Source: Guillardia theta CCMP2712 (taxonomy: Eukaryota; Protista; Cryptophyta). Taken from it: a DNA stretch of 64,000 nucleotides. Every line of letters starts with the position of its first letter. Position 1 is the stretch's first letter. Shown piece after piece: positions 1 to 11,896 of this stretch. Where the stretch lies: the NCBI RefSeq assembly GCF_000315625.1, contig NW_005434639.1, positions 257,511-321,510 of the forward strand, in the 5' to 3' direction. A program made the position numbers and the translations under genes. The notes below the pieces were generated by a model. That model had not been told where the DNA came from and searched no databases. It saw only the letters and a list, made by a program, of their open reading frames with translations.

Positions 1-7
1 CAGAAGG

Positions 8-895
8 TTGTGGGGGGGGATGAACGGAGGAGGGCTCTTCGACGATCGTTTCGCCTTCGCGTTTGCTGACAAGGTCCAGTTGACCTACGAGGCAGCTGTC
101 ATGGGGTACCGCTTCTTCGTGCTACCCAGCGTCTTCCTCATCCACGTCCCGCAGGCCGCAGGCTTCAGATGTCTGCCGTCCAGCCCCGAACTCTGCGCGC
201 TGAGCTCCAAGGATGTCGGGTGGAGAGCAGAGAACGTTGGCTTCCAGGCGAGCTTCGACCTGATCCACTTCATCCTAGACCTCCCAGTATGGGAATCGAG
301 ACCTTCGAAGCCGAGGAGCCGGCCCTGCTTCCTGCCCCCTTACAGGATCCTGCGGGACTTGAGCACCAAGGAGCTTCTCTCCATCCTCATCCCCGACTAC
401 TCGACGAGATCCAAAGGATGGAGCTGCTGCTTCAACGTCTGCGAGCATCTGCCAGTGAAGTTGCTCCACTTTGCTCACGCCTTCCTCGAGCAGAACCTGC
501 TGGACCCTGATGACGCGGCGACTGCCCTCCAGCACAGCGAGGCGCTCCGTGTCGGGATGAGGAAATGGTGTGCTGACGTCACCCCGTTGTCAGGGTACCT
601 GGTGAACACTCGCCAGGCTCAGATTGCGCTGGAGAGGCTGGTGCTGGAGGGAGGGCAGGGTGAGGCCGGAGCCTTCACCCACTACCTGGAGGAGGAGGGA
701 GTGGTCACCATGCTGAAGCCTGTGCGCGAGGAGGGCGAGTTTCTCCTCCTGCATGCAGACAACCTCCCCTCCTGCGATCTTGTCGGGCCTGTTTACAGGT
801 GCCTCATCACGACAGTGGACAACTCGACTGGGATGAATGGATTCGGGGTGAGAAGGACAGCATGGCTGGCTCCCTCCAAACCTCCTGCTGCAATC

Positions 896-958
<63 letters not shown>

Positions 959-3032
959 GATGGAAGGGCTACTCAAGGATGGAAGAAGCATTCCGAGGAA
1001 GTCAATGTGAATCTCAACGTCGACGTCGAAGGATCCCTCTCGTGCCGGCCTTTCTCGCTGCTAGTGCGGGCTCGGGGCCTCCTGCCGATGGTCCAGTACC
1101 GGATGGAAACTCACCTCTACGAGAAGTACTCAGGTCGGACTTACTTCTCCAACGTCTCCCAGCTGAAGTTTGTGGGAGAGGAGGAGGAGGAGCTCGCCTA
1201 CGAGTTCAGCTATCAAGTACCCAGGCTTGCTGGAGGAGATTTTACGCTGACTTGCCGGCTGTTGGATGAATACCCTGACCTCGCTCCCGGCGAGGAGCTC
1301 GTCGGAGCGAGGACCCTCGCCCTATTCGTCGATGCTTCCTCCTCGGATTGCCAGCAGAACACAGCAGGAGCGGATCAGGAGGTCGACAACTCGCGCAAGC
1401 AACCAGTGGAGGAGAAGGTGGAGGAGAAGGTGGAGGAGGTGGAGCAACAGGAAACTAGAGAGCATGTATGTGCGAGCTCGGAGTGGTGCGTGGATGTTGT
1501 AACTTCACCAACCATCGCCAAGAGCATCGCAAGGCTTCGTCGCCTTACTCGTGATCCTCTTCCTCTCCCGCTAAGGTCCATCTCGATGCCAGAGATCGAA
1601 GACTTCCTGGCTGCTAGGGACGAGACCGTTGCGGAAGCGAGAGGAGCAAGACAATTCACGGACCCACCTTCGATGCATGTGGAGGACAACTACATCCCCT
1701 CCTACGAGGAGAGCCTGTACAAGTTCTGGTCGATGCTCCGCCAGGGAACACCCTTCGCGCTCCTGCGCTTCGGGGATGGGGAGCTCGCGCTGCTGAACGG
1801 GGAGAGCTACCAGTGAGCTCCAGCATTGTTCGTTCCCTGCTCCTCCCTTGCTCCCCCCTTGCGGAGGATTGAAACCCCTGTGCTAATCGACGCGAGCAGG
1901 TCGAGGATCGACGTTGTTCAATGGTCGTCCCTCTCTAGCGACAGGGAGAGGGAGAGGATGAAGCTTCTGCTCGCGGACGCGTTCGCGCTCGCTCAAGGAT
2001 GCAGCGCAGCTCCTGTCCTCAACAGCAGCTGCGTGTACCTCGGACTTCCCGTCTACTTCTGTGCTGAAGGGACAGAGACTTATCTCAAGGGTGGAGGAGG
2101 AAGGTGTGGGCGGAGGAATCTGAACCGGGGGGGGAGGAGAAGGGAGGAGGGGCTGACGGGAGGAGCAGGTGGGAGTGGCTGGAGTCTTACTACAAGCAGC
2201 CGGCGATCGCAAGTTACCTGGAGCGGACCCACATGAGGTTCTTGACTCAGAGCTGGCTGTGGGGCAACCTGAACTATCAGGTCTTGCGCTCCTCTCCGCT
2301 CCCTTTTCCTGTCCAGCTCGTCTCTCCCCCTCCTTCCCGCCCCCTCTCCTTCCCCTGCTCCTGGCTGACTGGCCCCGGTGCGCTGTGCTGCAGACAACGT
2401 TGGACATGCTGGAAGATGTCGGGAGATATCGAAGAATCATCCTAGTCTGCAACGAAGAGATCAGAGGTCGCTCCTCCTTCGACGATCTTCCTAGTTGGAT
2501 CTCAACGATCCTCACGGTTCCAGGGGAGGGACTGCGCTGGTAGTCTCCCGCCATCCCTGCGTGCTCCTGCTAAGATGCTCCTGCTGTCCAGGTTCTCTGC
2601 CAACTTCGATCAAGTCGTGGACCAGGCGGCATGGCTGGCGAGCAGCGTGAACGACTGCGTCTTCGCCTTCGCCGCCGGGCCCATCAGCAACCTCCTGATC
2701 CCAGTGATGTGGCGAGCAAACCAGCACAACACATGTGAGTCTTGGAAGAGGGGGGAAGGAAGAGAGAGGAAGGAGGGACTAGCAGGGGAGAGAGGAGGAG
2801 AGGTTGGACGAGGAGGTTAACTTTCTTTGTGGCAGATGTTGACTTCGGCGGGACTCTCGACCTTGTTGTTCTCGGAAGGTCGACGAGGGACTTTCACCCC
2901 GACACGTCCGAGGGGGAGAAGACATGGGTGAAGGCAGGAGGAGCGTTGCAGCCAGGTCAAGAGTGCAGCCAGGTGCGATGGTCTATCCAGATGCGACTTG
3001 GTTCGATCGACCTGCTGTCGCTGTCTCCGTGA
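8..3032 (+). CDS. Multi-domain glycosyltransferase-like protein, 5'-partial: C-terminal end of a GT49 (LARGE/B4GAT1-like) domain, polyQ, C-terminal GT-D-fold (DUF1792-like) domain
   Basis: FDDRF..DKVQL..GYRFFVLPSVFLIHVP resembles the GT49 tail. PFALLRFGDGE ... FAAGPISN ... YVDFGGTLD resembles GT-D proteins. The frame is restored by GT-AG introns at about 1813-1899, 2104-2168, 2281-2393, 2540-2591 and 2735-2835; TGA at 3030-3032. Confidence 0.65.
899..955 (+). repeat. (CAG)19 coding microsatellite (polyQ)
   Basis: Perfect CAG run read directly. Confidence 0.95.
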
Positions 3033-3485
3033 AGGACGTGTCCTTTGGGCAATCAACTTGTACACATGAGAGATGATTGATGGATGGTGTGGATTTCCAT
3101 CTTGTAGATTATGACGCTGGGAAGGAAGTGGTACGTAAAGTTACACCCGAATGGCTCGAAAGCATTTTCAACGTGGTGAAGATAGTAGTTTGATCGCAAA
3201 GATTGGAGTGACGAGTAGACGGTAATTGTTTCATAAGATCTTCCTGGGGATGTGACCAGTTTCCTGCTCCTCGGCTCCTGCCCTTCGCTTCCCTCCTGCT
3301 CCTTGCTGCCTTGGGGCGATGAACAAGTTTGTGCAGTCAGTGCTGGGGGTAGTCTACACACTCAAATCACGGGTGGACCGAAGAATTTCATTAAAAACTA
3401 GGGGTCACATGGAAGATTTTTTCTGGAATTTAGGGGGTGGGGTATAGTGAGAGGGGGATGGGGTGGGGGTTATAAAGAGCGCTCC

Positions 3486-4239
3486 ATGCGCACCACGCTG
3501 CTGGCTTGCGTGTTGTTGAGCGAAGCTATCCTCCCTTGCCGCTCCTTCCTACTCCGAGGCCCGTCGCACCTTCCCCGAACCTCTCTCCATCACAAGGCCC
3601 TCAGGCTCTCAGGAGGATCCTCGTCGCGCAGCAGCGTCTCCTTGTCAGCTCGTAGCTTGTCGGCCAGCGCGGAGATGGCCAAAAACGTGCTGGGGGGAGA
3701 GCTGCAGTGCTGCTGCACCTCCCCTAAGACTGGGTTCTACAGAGACGGGTTCTGCAACACAGGACCTCAAGACACTGGCCGTCATGTTGTCTGTGCTCAG
3801 GTTTCTGATGTGATTCACCTTTGTCGCGTGATCTCATGCGTCCTTCAGGTCACTGCTGAATTTCTGAACTTCTCGAAGTCCCGGGGCAACGATCTCATGG
3901 TGATCTTCAAAGCTCCTGCTGTCCATTCTTTGGCTTCTACCCTAGCCTCTCTGACATCATCAAGAGATCGTTGAGCGCTGAGTGTTTTTCCAGTCCCCAG
4001 CACCCATGTTCAGCTTCCCTGGCCTCAAGCCTGGAGACAGATGGTGCTTGTGGTATGTCATGATCTTCACCATCATGTGCTTGCAAGTGACATCAGACAG
4101 CGCTTCTAGGTGGAAAGAAGCCTACGATGCCGGGTGCGCCCCTCCAGTTTTCCTCGAGGCGACGCACGAGAACGTGCTCAAGTTCGGCATTGCCCTGGAG
4201 GACCTCAAGAAGCATGCGATCCCTTACGTGGGTTCTTGA
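3486..4239 (+). CDS. DUF2237-family protein with bipartite (signal + transit) presequence
   Basis: NVLGGELQCCCTSPKTGFYRDGFCNTGPQDTGRHVVCA..TAEFLNFSKSRGNDL..PGLKPGDRWCLCASRWKEA..APPVFLEATH is the DUF2237 pattern; three short introns; leader MRTTLLACVLLSEAILPCRS-F followed by an S/R-rich stretch. Confidence 0.85.
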
Positions 4240-5153
4240 ATATTCTCCTTGTAAGTTTGGATGTCTTCTTGTACAGAGACATCGTGCATATAGAGATCCA
4301 TGTGTGCTCTCTAGATGGGAACGGGCCACTGGTTTCCCTCCCGGGATGTTGGTTCGAGTGAATGCTTCTCCCTCACTGCTCTGAAGGGAAAATAGGGTAG
4401 GGAACATGTCTCCATGGACGAGATTCGATCTTGTTGGATTGGTAAGAGCAGAACCGTCATTCTCACCCACTTTCACCTTCATGGAAGAACCCTGTACATC
4501 CGCCGGAGGCGGCCTCCCCGGTCCGGGCGGTCACTACTGAGACAGTGCCGCGCACGTGATGAATCGGTAAAGGACCTTCACCTTCATGAGTAGCTCAGTT
4601 GTCAGACCCCGTTCACAACATCGATCCCGTTGGATCCCTCTTGCAGCCCCAGCTGTTAAAACTCAACGATACTACTGAACCGGAGCAGCATGACACATTG
4701 TTCAGAATTTGTCAGATTGGTCATGAATGGTCACGAAGACCATGCTCTTGTGCTACAAGTGGTGGGCCCCCGAATCTTCTATACATTGTAGACAGAGTCT
4801 TTCGATTTCTTGGGCTGTTTGCGTTGCCAGCGAGGCTCTTGGCTATTCCATGTCTTTCCGCATGATCAGGCTCAACAGTTTGATAGGCAGGCTGGGTTAT
4901 TCTTTTTACAGGAGCGGACAGGTGAATCAGCAAGATCAAGGGTTGTACAGCAGAGGACTCAGACTCGCTGTGGTTGCTCAGCCATGGGGCCACTCAGAGC
5001 TATCGTCTTGTATTCTGTTGGTTTGAAAATTTGAAGACACACCTCTCCAAGCCCGTGGCATGCACACAGAGAGAGGCTGAAGAGAAGTGAGGTAGGAACA
5101 GTACATCCAGCTGCTAGCCGCTCCTTCCATCCTCACATGTCGTCCTTGCGGGT

Positions 5154-6330
5154 TCACTTCATCCTCACAGCGATCATCTTGACAGGCTGGAGGGGGTTGT
5201 CGTTGGGGTCGCAACTGCCAAAGGAAAGTCAAACCTTCCCGCTCGAGAGACAAGCTCAGTTGAGGCCTGACCGGACAGCCTCGATCTTCTTAACGACATC
5301 TGTCCCTGAGATCACCTGCACCAAGGTCAGACGTCCCAAGTGACAGTCGGAAGGAGTCAATCAAGAAAGGTTCCCACACCTTGCCAAAGACGGGATGGGC
5401 GGACTCCGTGCTCTTGTCAAACCTGCCGGGGTATCACTCAGGACGTGGCTCGCAGACTAGAAGTACAAACCAGTCGAGATAGGAGTTGTGGACGGTGTTG
5501 ATGAAGAACTGAGAGCCTCCGCTGTTGGGGCCGGCGTTGGCCATGCTCAGGGTGAATGGCTCGTTGGAGAGCTGGGATTCCCAAGATCAGAAATCAAAGA
5601 GATGAGTCTCATCACTTGATCCTCGACAACAAGTTCTCAGAAATGAGAAATGAGAAATGAGAAACGAGAAATGAGAAATGAGAACATTTCTAAGAAGTCT
5701 AAGAACAATCGTTCCATAAACAGAATGACATGTCCTCACCTTGACCGTGTGCTCGTCGGGGATCGACCCCTCCTGATTTCTCTTCATTACTCCCTTGCCC
5801 GGCACCTGGGCTGCTTCAGGTAGTGCGCTTTTTACCGGTTGATCGTCACCTCATAAGTGGAGTTGGGGTTAGGACCGCCAGTGCCGTTCCTTGGGTCCTT
5901 GGGGTTCTTGGAAAATGGGCAGCTGTTTCCAAACATGTCAATGAAGCAAAATTTGCGTGGGGGGGGGGGGGGGCTGGGGGGAGGGGGCTTCACCCGAACT
6001 GAAGCATGAACTCATTGATCCTGCCACATCCAGTCACATCCTCTTGGATTCAGGGAGATGCGGTCATAATTACACGCGATGGAAGTGCAAGCCATCGTAG
6101 AACTTGTCCTTCACGAGGGAAATGAAGTTTCCTGGCCATCACATTCACCCCCTGCAAGGGAGAGGAGAAGGGAGGAGCGGCAACAAGGCTCAGACCTGAA
6201 GTCAACGGCATCTTGTCCATGTAGATCTCTGCTTCGAAGTTGCCCATCGAGGTCTCAAACACAACCACCTGTGTGCGCGCGAGTTCAGAGACGTGCCAGC
6301 ATTGCACTGCCTCCTTACCGGATTCGCCAT
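5154..6330 (-). CDS. Cyclophilin-type peptidyl-prolyl cis-trans isomerase (10 exons)
   Basis: Spliced product [59 protein letters not shown]...[48 protein letters not shown]...[10 protein letters not shown]; all introns GT-AG. Confidence 0.92.
5638..5684. repeat. (GAAATGA)n heptamer tandem repeat in a cyclophilin intron
   Basis: About 6-7 near-perfect copies read directly. Confidence 0.9.
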
Positions 6331-6817
6331 CGTTGCGTCGACCCTTGCACCCCATTCCCGTTACCACCCCTCTTTTCTAGACCACACCCCCACTATATCT
6401 CATAAATCTGTCTGTTCTGGACGGGTACTAGAGATCAAGTACCGGTGGTCCGGAGGGTGAACCGGGAGTTGGGGACTACTAAAGGCCGTTCCAAGTGCTG
6501 CCCTTGAGATCACCTAGAAGTGCTGTAGGAGATAATCTCTGCCCCAAAATCAAATACTACGGGTACTTTTCAGCAAGAAATTACCCGTACTTGTCGGTTC
6601 TTCTGGGCTTGAGCGGGGAAGTGGTTCAGGCGGATCTCATGGTTGGAGTGGAGGCGGCGAGGACGAAGAGAAAGCGAGAGGACGGAAGGAGCAAGGAGAG
6701 GGAGGAAATGAAAGAAGACATGGAGTCAATACGCAATGAGCACGAGAAGAGGAGGGGAAGGAGTAGAATGCCTCCATGTAGAGGCTCCAGCACAGGCTCA
6801 TTCTTTGTCGGCAGGCC

Positions 6818-8613
6818 ATGAATCATCGCAACGTATGGCTGAGCCGAGTTTTCCGAGCGGCTGTAACGCTGCTACCTGTGTCTCTGGTTTGCCTTGACTT
6901 TCTTGCGTCACTTGTATGTCTGAACCGCTCTGCAGCAAGGAACTTGCGCCTTCCACGCGTCTTCCATTGCTTGCATTCAGAGCTTGAAGAACTACAAGCA
7001 CTCGAACCCTTTGCGTGACATTCCAACGCATCCCAGTAAGCACTGCACTGCGACTTCCTGACTGCAATTACTCTTGATTGATTCTTCTTCTCATCAAGAC
7101 AAGCTTTCTTTGAGGACTGGTAGACTGCGAATGAATCTAGGGAACGAAGCAGTAAGAGACCTGAATCGTGCTGCCTGCTGTAATGACGTTGGATGGACGC
7201 AGATTTCGCGGGAGGAGAATATATCAGCAAATAGAGAAGTGCTTGAAACGATCTACAAAGAAGCTGCGAAGGATTTCGCTTCCAGGGACAGCAACGTATG
7301 ATATGGTGAAGGGAGGGATGATGGGTTTTAACGGACCGGGCAGGTGGAGGTGTCTCTAGAGGTTCCTATGAACTGGTGGACTTCCGTTGTTGTGCCGCGG
7401 CTGAAGGAGATAGTCAAGACTGCAGAGATTAAGAAGGAAGACGTCATCTTCGAGGTGGGAAGTGGTCCAGGGACTCTGCTCAAGTACATCTGTGAGGAGG
7501 AATCGACAAACGTGGACAATGTGTACGCTGTCGATCTGTGCGAGGAGATGGTAGACATAGTTGAGGAGAGATTCCCTGACGTCAATACTCTCCTTGCCGA
7601 CTTTCTGGAGCTCTCGAAAGGATCATTACCCAACATGCAGAAGGGCGTTGACGTCATCTTCTTCAACTCTGTGATCAGCACCTTCACAGATCTGCAGGAT
7701 CCTCTCAAGGTATCGGCGTCCCTCTTGAATCCAGGAGGAAGAGTTGTCGTCAGCCATCCTCTTGGGTCGCCTTTTGTCAGCGAGATGAAGAAGTCTATGG
7801 AAGAGCTGTACCTGAACGATCTCCCAGCTGTCGACCAGCTCCAACTTCTTGTGAAACACCTCCCGCTCAAGGTCGACAAGTTTGTGTCAGAGGATGAGCT
7901 GTACATCGCAAGACTGGTTCAGCGACCTTACCATGCCCTGGAGAAAGTCATGTGCATGCGTGGGGACGTCGCATCGGGTTGGGGGAGAGGGGGGAAGAAG
8001 CTTGGGATCCCAACAGCCAACCTTCCTGAATCAATGTTTGCGGATGCTCTGCGGGAGGTCCAGACAGGAGTCTACCTCGGATGGGCTCAGATCGGTGGGG
8101 TGAGCAAGAAGTCGGTGAAAGCCGTGGTCAACGTGGGGTACAGCCCAACTTTCGTCGGAGCTGAGAACCGGGAGAAGGTATGGTAGAGCGTCGGGGGTCG
8201 ATAGTTGACCAATGTTGTGTGCCAGGTGGTAGAGGCTCATCTGCTGGAAAAGTTCGAGAACGACTTCTACGGGAAGGAGATGCGTTTGATGCTGACAGGA
8301 TTCCTGCGGCCAGAGACGAAGTTCGACTCGTTCCCTGAGCTACTGGAAGCCATTCACAAGGTGATTCTCTTCTGCCTCCTGGTGCTCTCCGATCATGACG
8401 ACTGCCTCGCGGGTTTTCAGGACATCGAAAACTCTAGGGAAGCGTTGGATACAGAAGAGTTCTCTGTCCTCTCAGCTCATCCCTTCCTGCAAGTAAGCTT
8501 TTCCTTGTCGTGTCTCGGACAGACCTAACCCAGTTTGCAAGGAAACTTCTGATTATGAAGCCTGGCAACAAATTGCGTATGACGATGCTGTGAAGGCTGC
8601 CGGAAGATGTTGA
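6818..8613 (+). CDS. SAM-dependent methyltransferase - riboflavin kinase fusion with putative plastid presequence
   Basis: MTase motifs IFEVGSGPG, AVDLCEEM, DVIFFNSV, LLNPGGRVVV. RFK motifs GWGRGGKKLGIPTANL, GVYLGWA, VNVGYSPTF, EAHLL, DFYG, FLRPETKF. The spliced N-terminus gives ..VTLLPVSLQGTCA-F. Confidence 0.85.
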
Positions 8614-9182
8614 GACTTAAAGTATTGATAACGATGAACTAATCTGGTCGTACCGGCCACTGAACTGAACTCGGAAGCGGCTTGAAGTGCCAGGGTGACC
8701 CGGCAACTGCTCCCGTGACTGCTGATTATTGAAGCACCGTGACTGAGATTGGACCGCCGTCATCGTATCAGGCTAGGGGCGAGAGATGCAACTGACCGCA
8801 ACTTGGCGGTTATTTTCCGAATACGTTATGATTATAACCGTTTAGATTGGGGTGGGGTCTTCAGACTGAATGTGAGGGGTGAAGAACACCCAGGGTGGGT
8901 ACGAAGACCCCAAGAAATTCACTACAAAGAAGGGGTAGAAAAAATATTACGGGAATATATCGGGGGAAGACATTATCGCCAAGGGTCCTTGAGGAAATGA
9001 CAAATATACCAAATTCTTGAAATTTTATTAAGAAAAACATCTGATTTGTTGAAAAAGAAAGTTTTATTTGAAACTTTTTGCGTCATAATTCACAAAATGA
9101 TCAAAGATAGATACCCCCGGCGCGAAGGGAGGGGTCCCTTTTACTAGAGGGGGCAGATACGCGCCTCCCCATCGTCGCCGCC

Positions 9183-10418
9183 ATGCTGCGCAGCGCGCTC
9201 CTTCTCGCCGGCGCATGCACTGCCTCCGCCTTCGCTCCTGCCGCCCTCCCAGCTCACCGTGCTCAGTCCCGTAAGTCTTATCTGGCACATCCTCCAGTGC
9301 ATCTTGTGCGTTAAAACGATGTGCGAACGTTCAGTCTCGATGCTTCTCGTAGAAAGTTGGTTGCATGCTGTCGGTCACTACGTGGGAAGTTGGATCCCTG
9401 TATCACTGACTCGATCTCTTCGTATGGGTTTGATCCATTCCCCTTGCTCGAGGGCGGATGCTTTCCCGCACTGTGTGAACTTCTGATCCGTGCACCTGAT
9501 GATCCTGAATGTGCTGTAAAACAGCTTGTCAACAGTATTTTGTGACAAGATGTATGATGCGAAGAGGAGCTAACTTGGCCTATCGTAGGATCCGGTGTCA
9601 CCATGCAGCTCTGGGGTGAGGGCAAGGTTCAGGGCAGGGGAGTCCAGGCTATCCCTTTCTCCGCTCCTCCTTCCACCCTCCCCGCGGACATGGTTGGCTA
9701 TGTCGGCTTCGATCCCCTCGGCTTCTCCACTCTCGTCGACATCAGACTCCTCCGTGAGTCCGAGCTCAAGCACGGTCGCGCTGCTATGCTTGCCGCCGCT
9801 GGAGCCATCGCTCAGGATCTCTTCACCTTCCCTGTGAGTGGGCAGGCAAACCCTCGCTGTCGCCTTCTAAAGTTTGGACGCAGGGAGTCGAGAAGGTCGT
9901 CGGAAAGGCCAAGATGACTGGCGCTCACGATGCCCTCATCGCCGGAGCTCATGCCGGCAACAAGCAGTCCTTCGCCATGCATCAGATCATCTTCTGGGTT
10001 GGCCTCATCGAGATCATCACCCTCCCCGCTATCTTCGAGATGCTCAACGGCTCTCCCCGCAAGCCCGGTGACTTCAGCTTCGATCCCCTCGGCCTCAACA
10101 AGAAGGTGACACTTCCCTCCTCCCTCTTCCCCTCGCTCACTCCTTCTCTCCTACTCGTGATCGTCGATGCTCATCTCTTGCTCTTGCAGTCTGATGGCCG
10201 CATGGAGCTGGCTGAGATCAAGAACGGCCGCCTCGCCATGATCGGCATCGGAGGTAGATGACTTTATGCTTCCGCTGTTGCACCTTTCACTCATCCTCCT
10301 TTTCGCAGGCATGATCCACCACTACCTCCTCACCGGCAAGGGACCCATCCAGTTCCTCACCGGCATCCCCAACTACAAGTCATGCATTGAGCCCCACCTC
10401 GGTGCTCTCTGCAAGTAA
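9183..10418 (+). CDS. Light-harvesting chlorophyll a/c-binding protein (Lhcr/CAC-like), plastid-targeted
   Basis: [19 protein letters not shown] leader; [44 protein letters not shown] motifs; four introns; TAA at 10416-10418. Confidence 0.95.
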
Positions 10419-10521
10419 ACTGTCTACCTACCATCATATTTATTGAGCACTCAATATAGAAAAGGGAAATGAAACCTCCTCTGCCCTCCACCTCCTGCCG
10501 CCACGTCCTCACACTTCATCG

Positions 10522-10843
10522 CTATGCCCCTGTGTTTCCTGCGTTATCCCACCGATTTCCTCGTATCCTGTTGCGCATGTCCTGACAGGGAAGGGTTAGC
10601 ACCGGGTCACACCTGTGCAGGCCTGACCATCTGTCCTCTCCTGCACTCGAAGAACATCTGTCTTATCTTCTTACAGTCTTCTGGCAGCTCGTTGTCTTGC
10701 AAGCATTGCTTCACCGTCCCTCCTCTATTCGCGCTGGGAGCACATATCAGTCTCAGAGGTTTCAAGACCGTGCTGCTTCACCAAGGTGTCGTGCTAATAC
10801 ATATCAAGAGCTTGTTCTTCAGATTCTTGCAGCTGGTAGACAT
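10522..10843 (-). CDS. COA5: Cytochrome c oxidase assembly factor COA5/PET191 (twin Cx9C-type), 3 coding exons
   Basis: Spliced product MSTSCKNLKNKLLICISTTPCANRGGTVKQCLQDNELPEDCKKIRQMFFECRRGQMDMRNRIRGNRWDNAGNTGA* has the Pet191 Cys spacing and the C-terminal F.EC.RG..DM..R..GN signature. Not in the ORF track. Confidence 0.88.
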
Positions 10844-11015
10844 CAAATCTGCGGACTTTTGTTACCAACAGCAATCAAATAATATGAAAATGCGCACAAA
10901 GACAGGCTCGAGGAGTTCTCAGATCTGATAGAAGAGTGCTGAAGGAAGGAGGGGAGGAAGAGAAGGAGGCGTTGAGATACGGAGGAGGATTGGGGGAATA
11001 GGTGGGGGAGTTGGG

Positions 11016-11115
11016 NNNNNNNNNNNNNNNNNNNNNNNNNNNNNNNNNNNNNNNNNNNNNNNNNNNNNNNNNNNNNNNNNNNNNNNNNNNNNNNNNNNNN
11101 NNNNNNNNNNNNNNN
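11016..11115. other. Assembly gap (100 N)
   Basis: N run. Confidence 1.
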
Positions 11116-11896
11116 TCAGATTTCATGAATTTCAGTCGATCTGTTGGTTCTCAAACTGGTCCTGCAATCTAGTCGCGATCCTCCGTCGAGGGCGGTTCAG
11201 GAACTACCTCATGCATTTGGCTTCGTTGGGGCCGCCGATGCGAAACCGATTTCAAGTAATGTCTAGATTCTATGGACGGCGTTTTAAATATATGATTAGG
11301 GGGCAAGCTGCGGGGTGGGGAGTCGGGTGGACGATATATGGGGGGCTCCAACAAAGGAAAGGAACAAAAGGAAAGAGAGGATGAGGTGTACAGTCATCGA
11401 CAAAATCCCTTCTATCTGACAACGTTGTCTCCTCATCTTGCACTGCCTATTGCAGCTCAATCCTCTCCTCCCCACGTCGCTCGTTCGCTGCCGTACGTTT
11501 ACCAATCTTCTGTGCCTCTCCAACCAACCCCCGCACTCCACCCCTTTCCTCCTTCAGCTCCCTTCGCTTCTCTTCTCCCAGGCGCCTCCTCCTCCTCCTC
11601 GTCGTCGTCGTCGTCGTCTCTTATCTCCTACTCTCCCTCCTGCTGCCTCCACCGTCCTCCATGGCAGTACTCCAGACATGCTGACCAACTTTTCAGGTAT
11701 GAAAAGGTGGGGTACAAATCATCTTCTAAAGGGGGGTGGGGTGGTACCTCGAGCCTTTCATTGCAACTCGTTACGAGTCCCTCCTGATGCCGCTCAGCTA
11801 AACTACAAAACTTAACAATCCCAGGACAACCAAGTTCCTCCTCATTCTACTGCTTCGCAAGCTCCTCCTGCTTCTGTGCACAAGTGTAAGCGACGT

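Noticed and set aside
4588-4640. tRNA-like TAGCTCAGTTG (A-box-like) sequence
   Set aside because: No T-loop GTTCRA, and no acceptor or anticodon stems.
5638-5684. GAAATGA repeat as an interstitial telomere
   Set aside because: Short, intronic and not matching a telomere motif I can support.
9271-9588. Long first LHC intron with TGATGA/CTGA words and an in-frame YGFDPF peptide
   Set aside because: Box order does not fit a C/D snoRNA, no rRNA guide was recognised, and the GFDP similarity is too short to call a duplicated exon.
11116-11270. Possible U3/C-D snoRNA on the minus strand (GACATTACTTGAA ... TCTGA)
   Set aside because: Boxes A, B and C are not recognisable and the sequence abuts a gap; an Rfam search would be needed.
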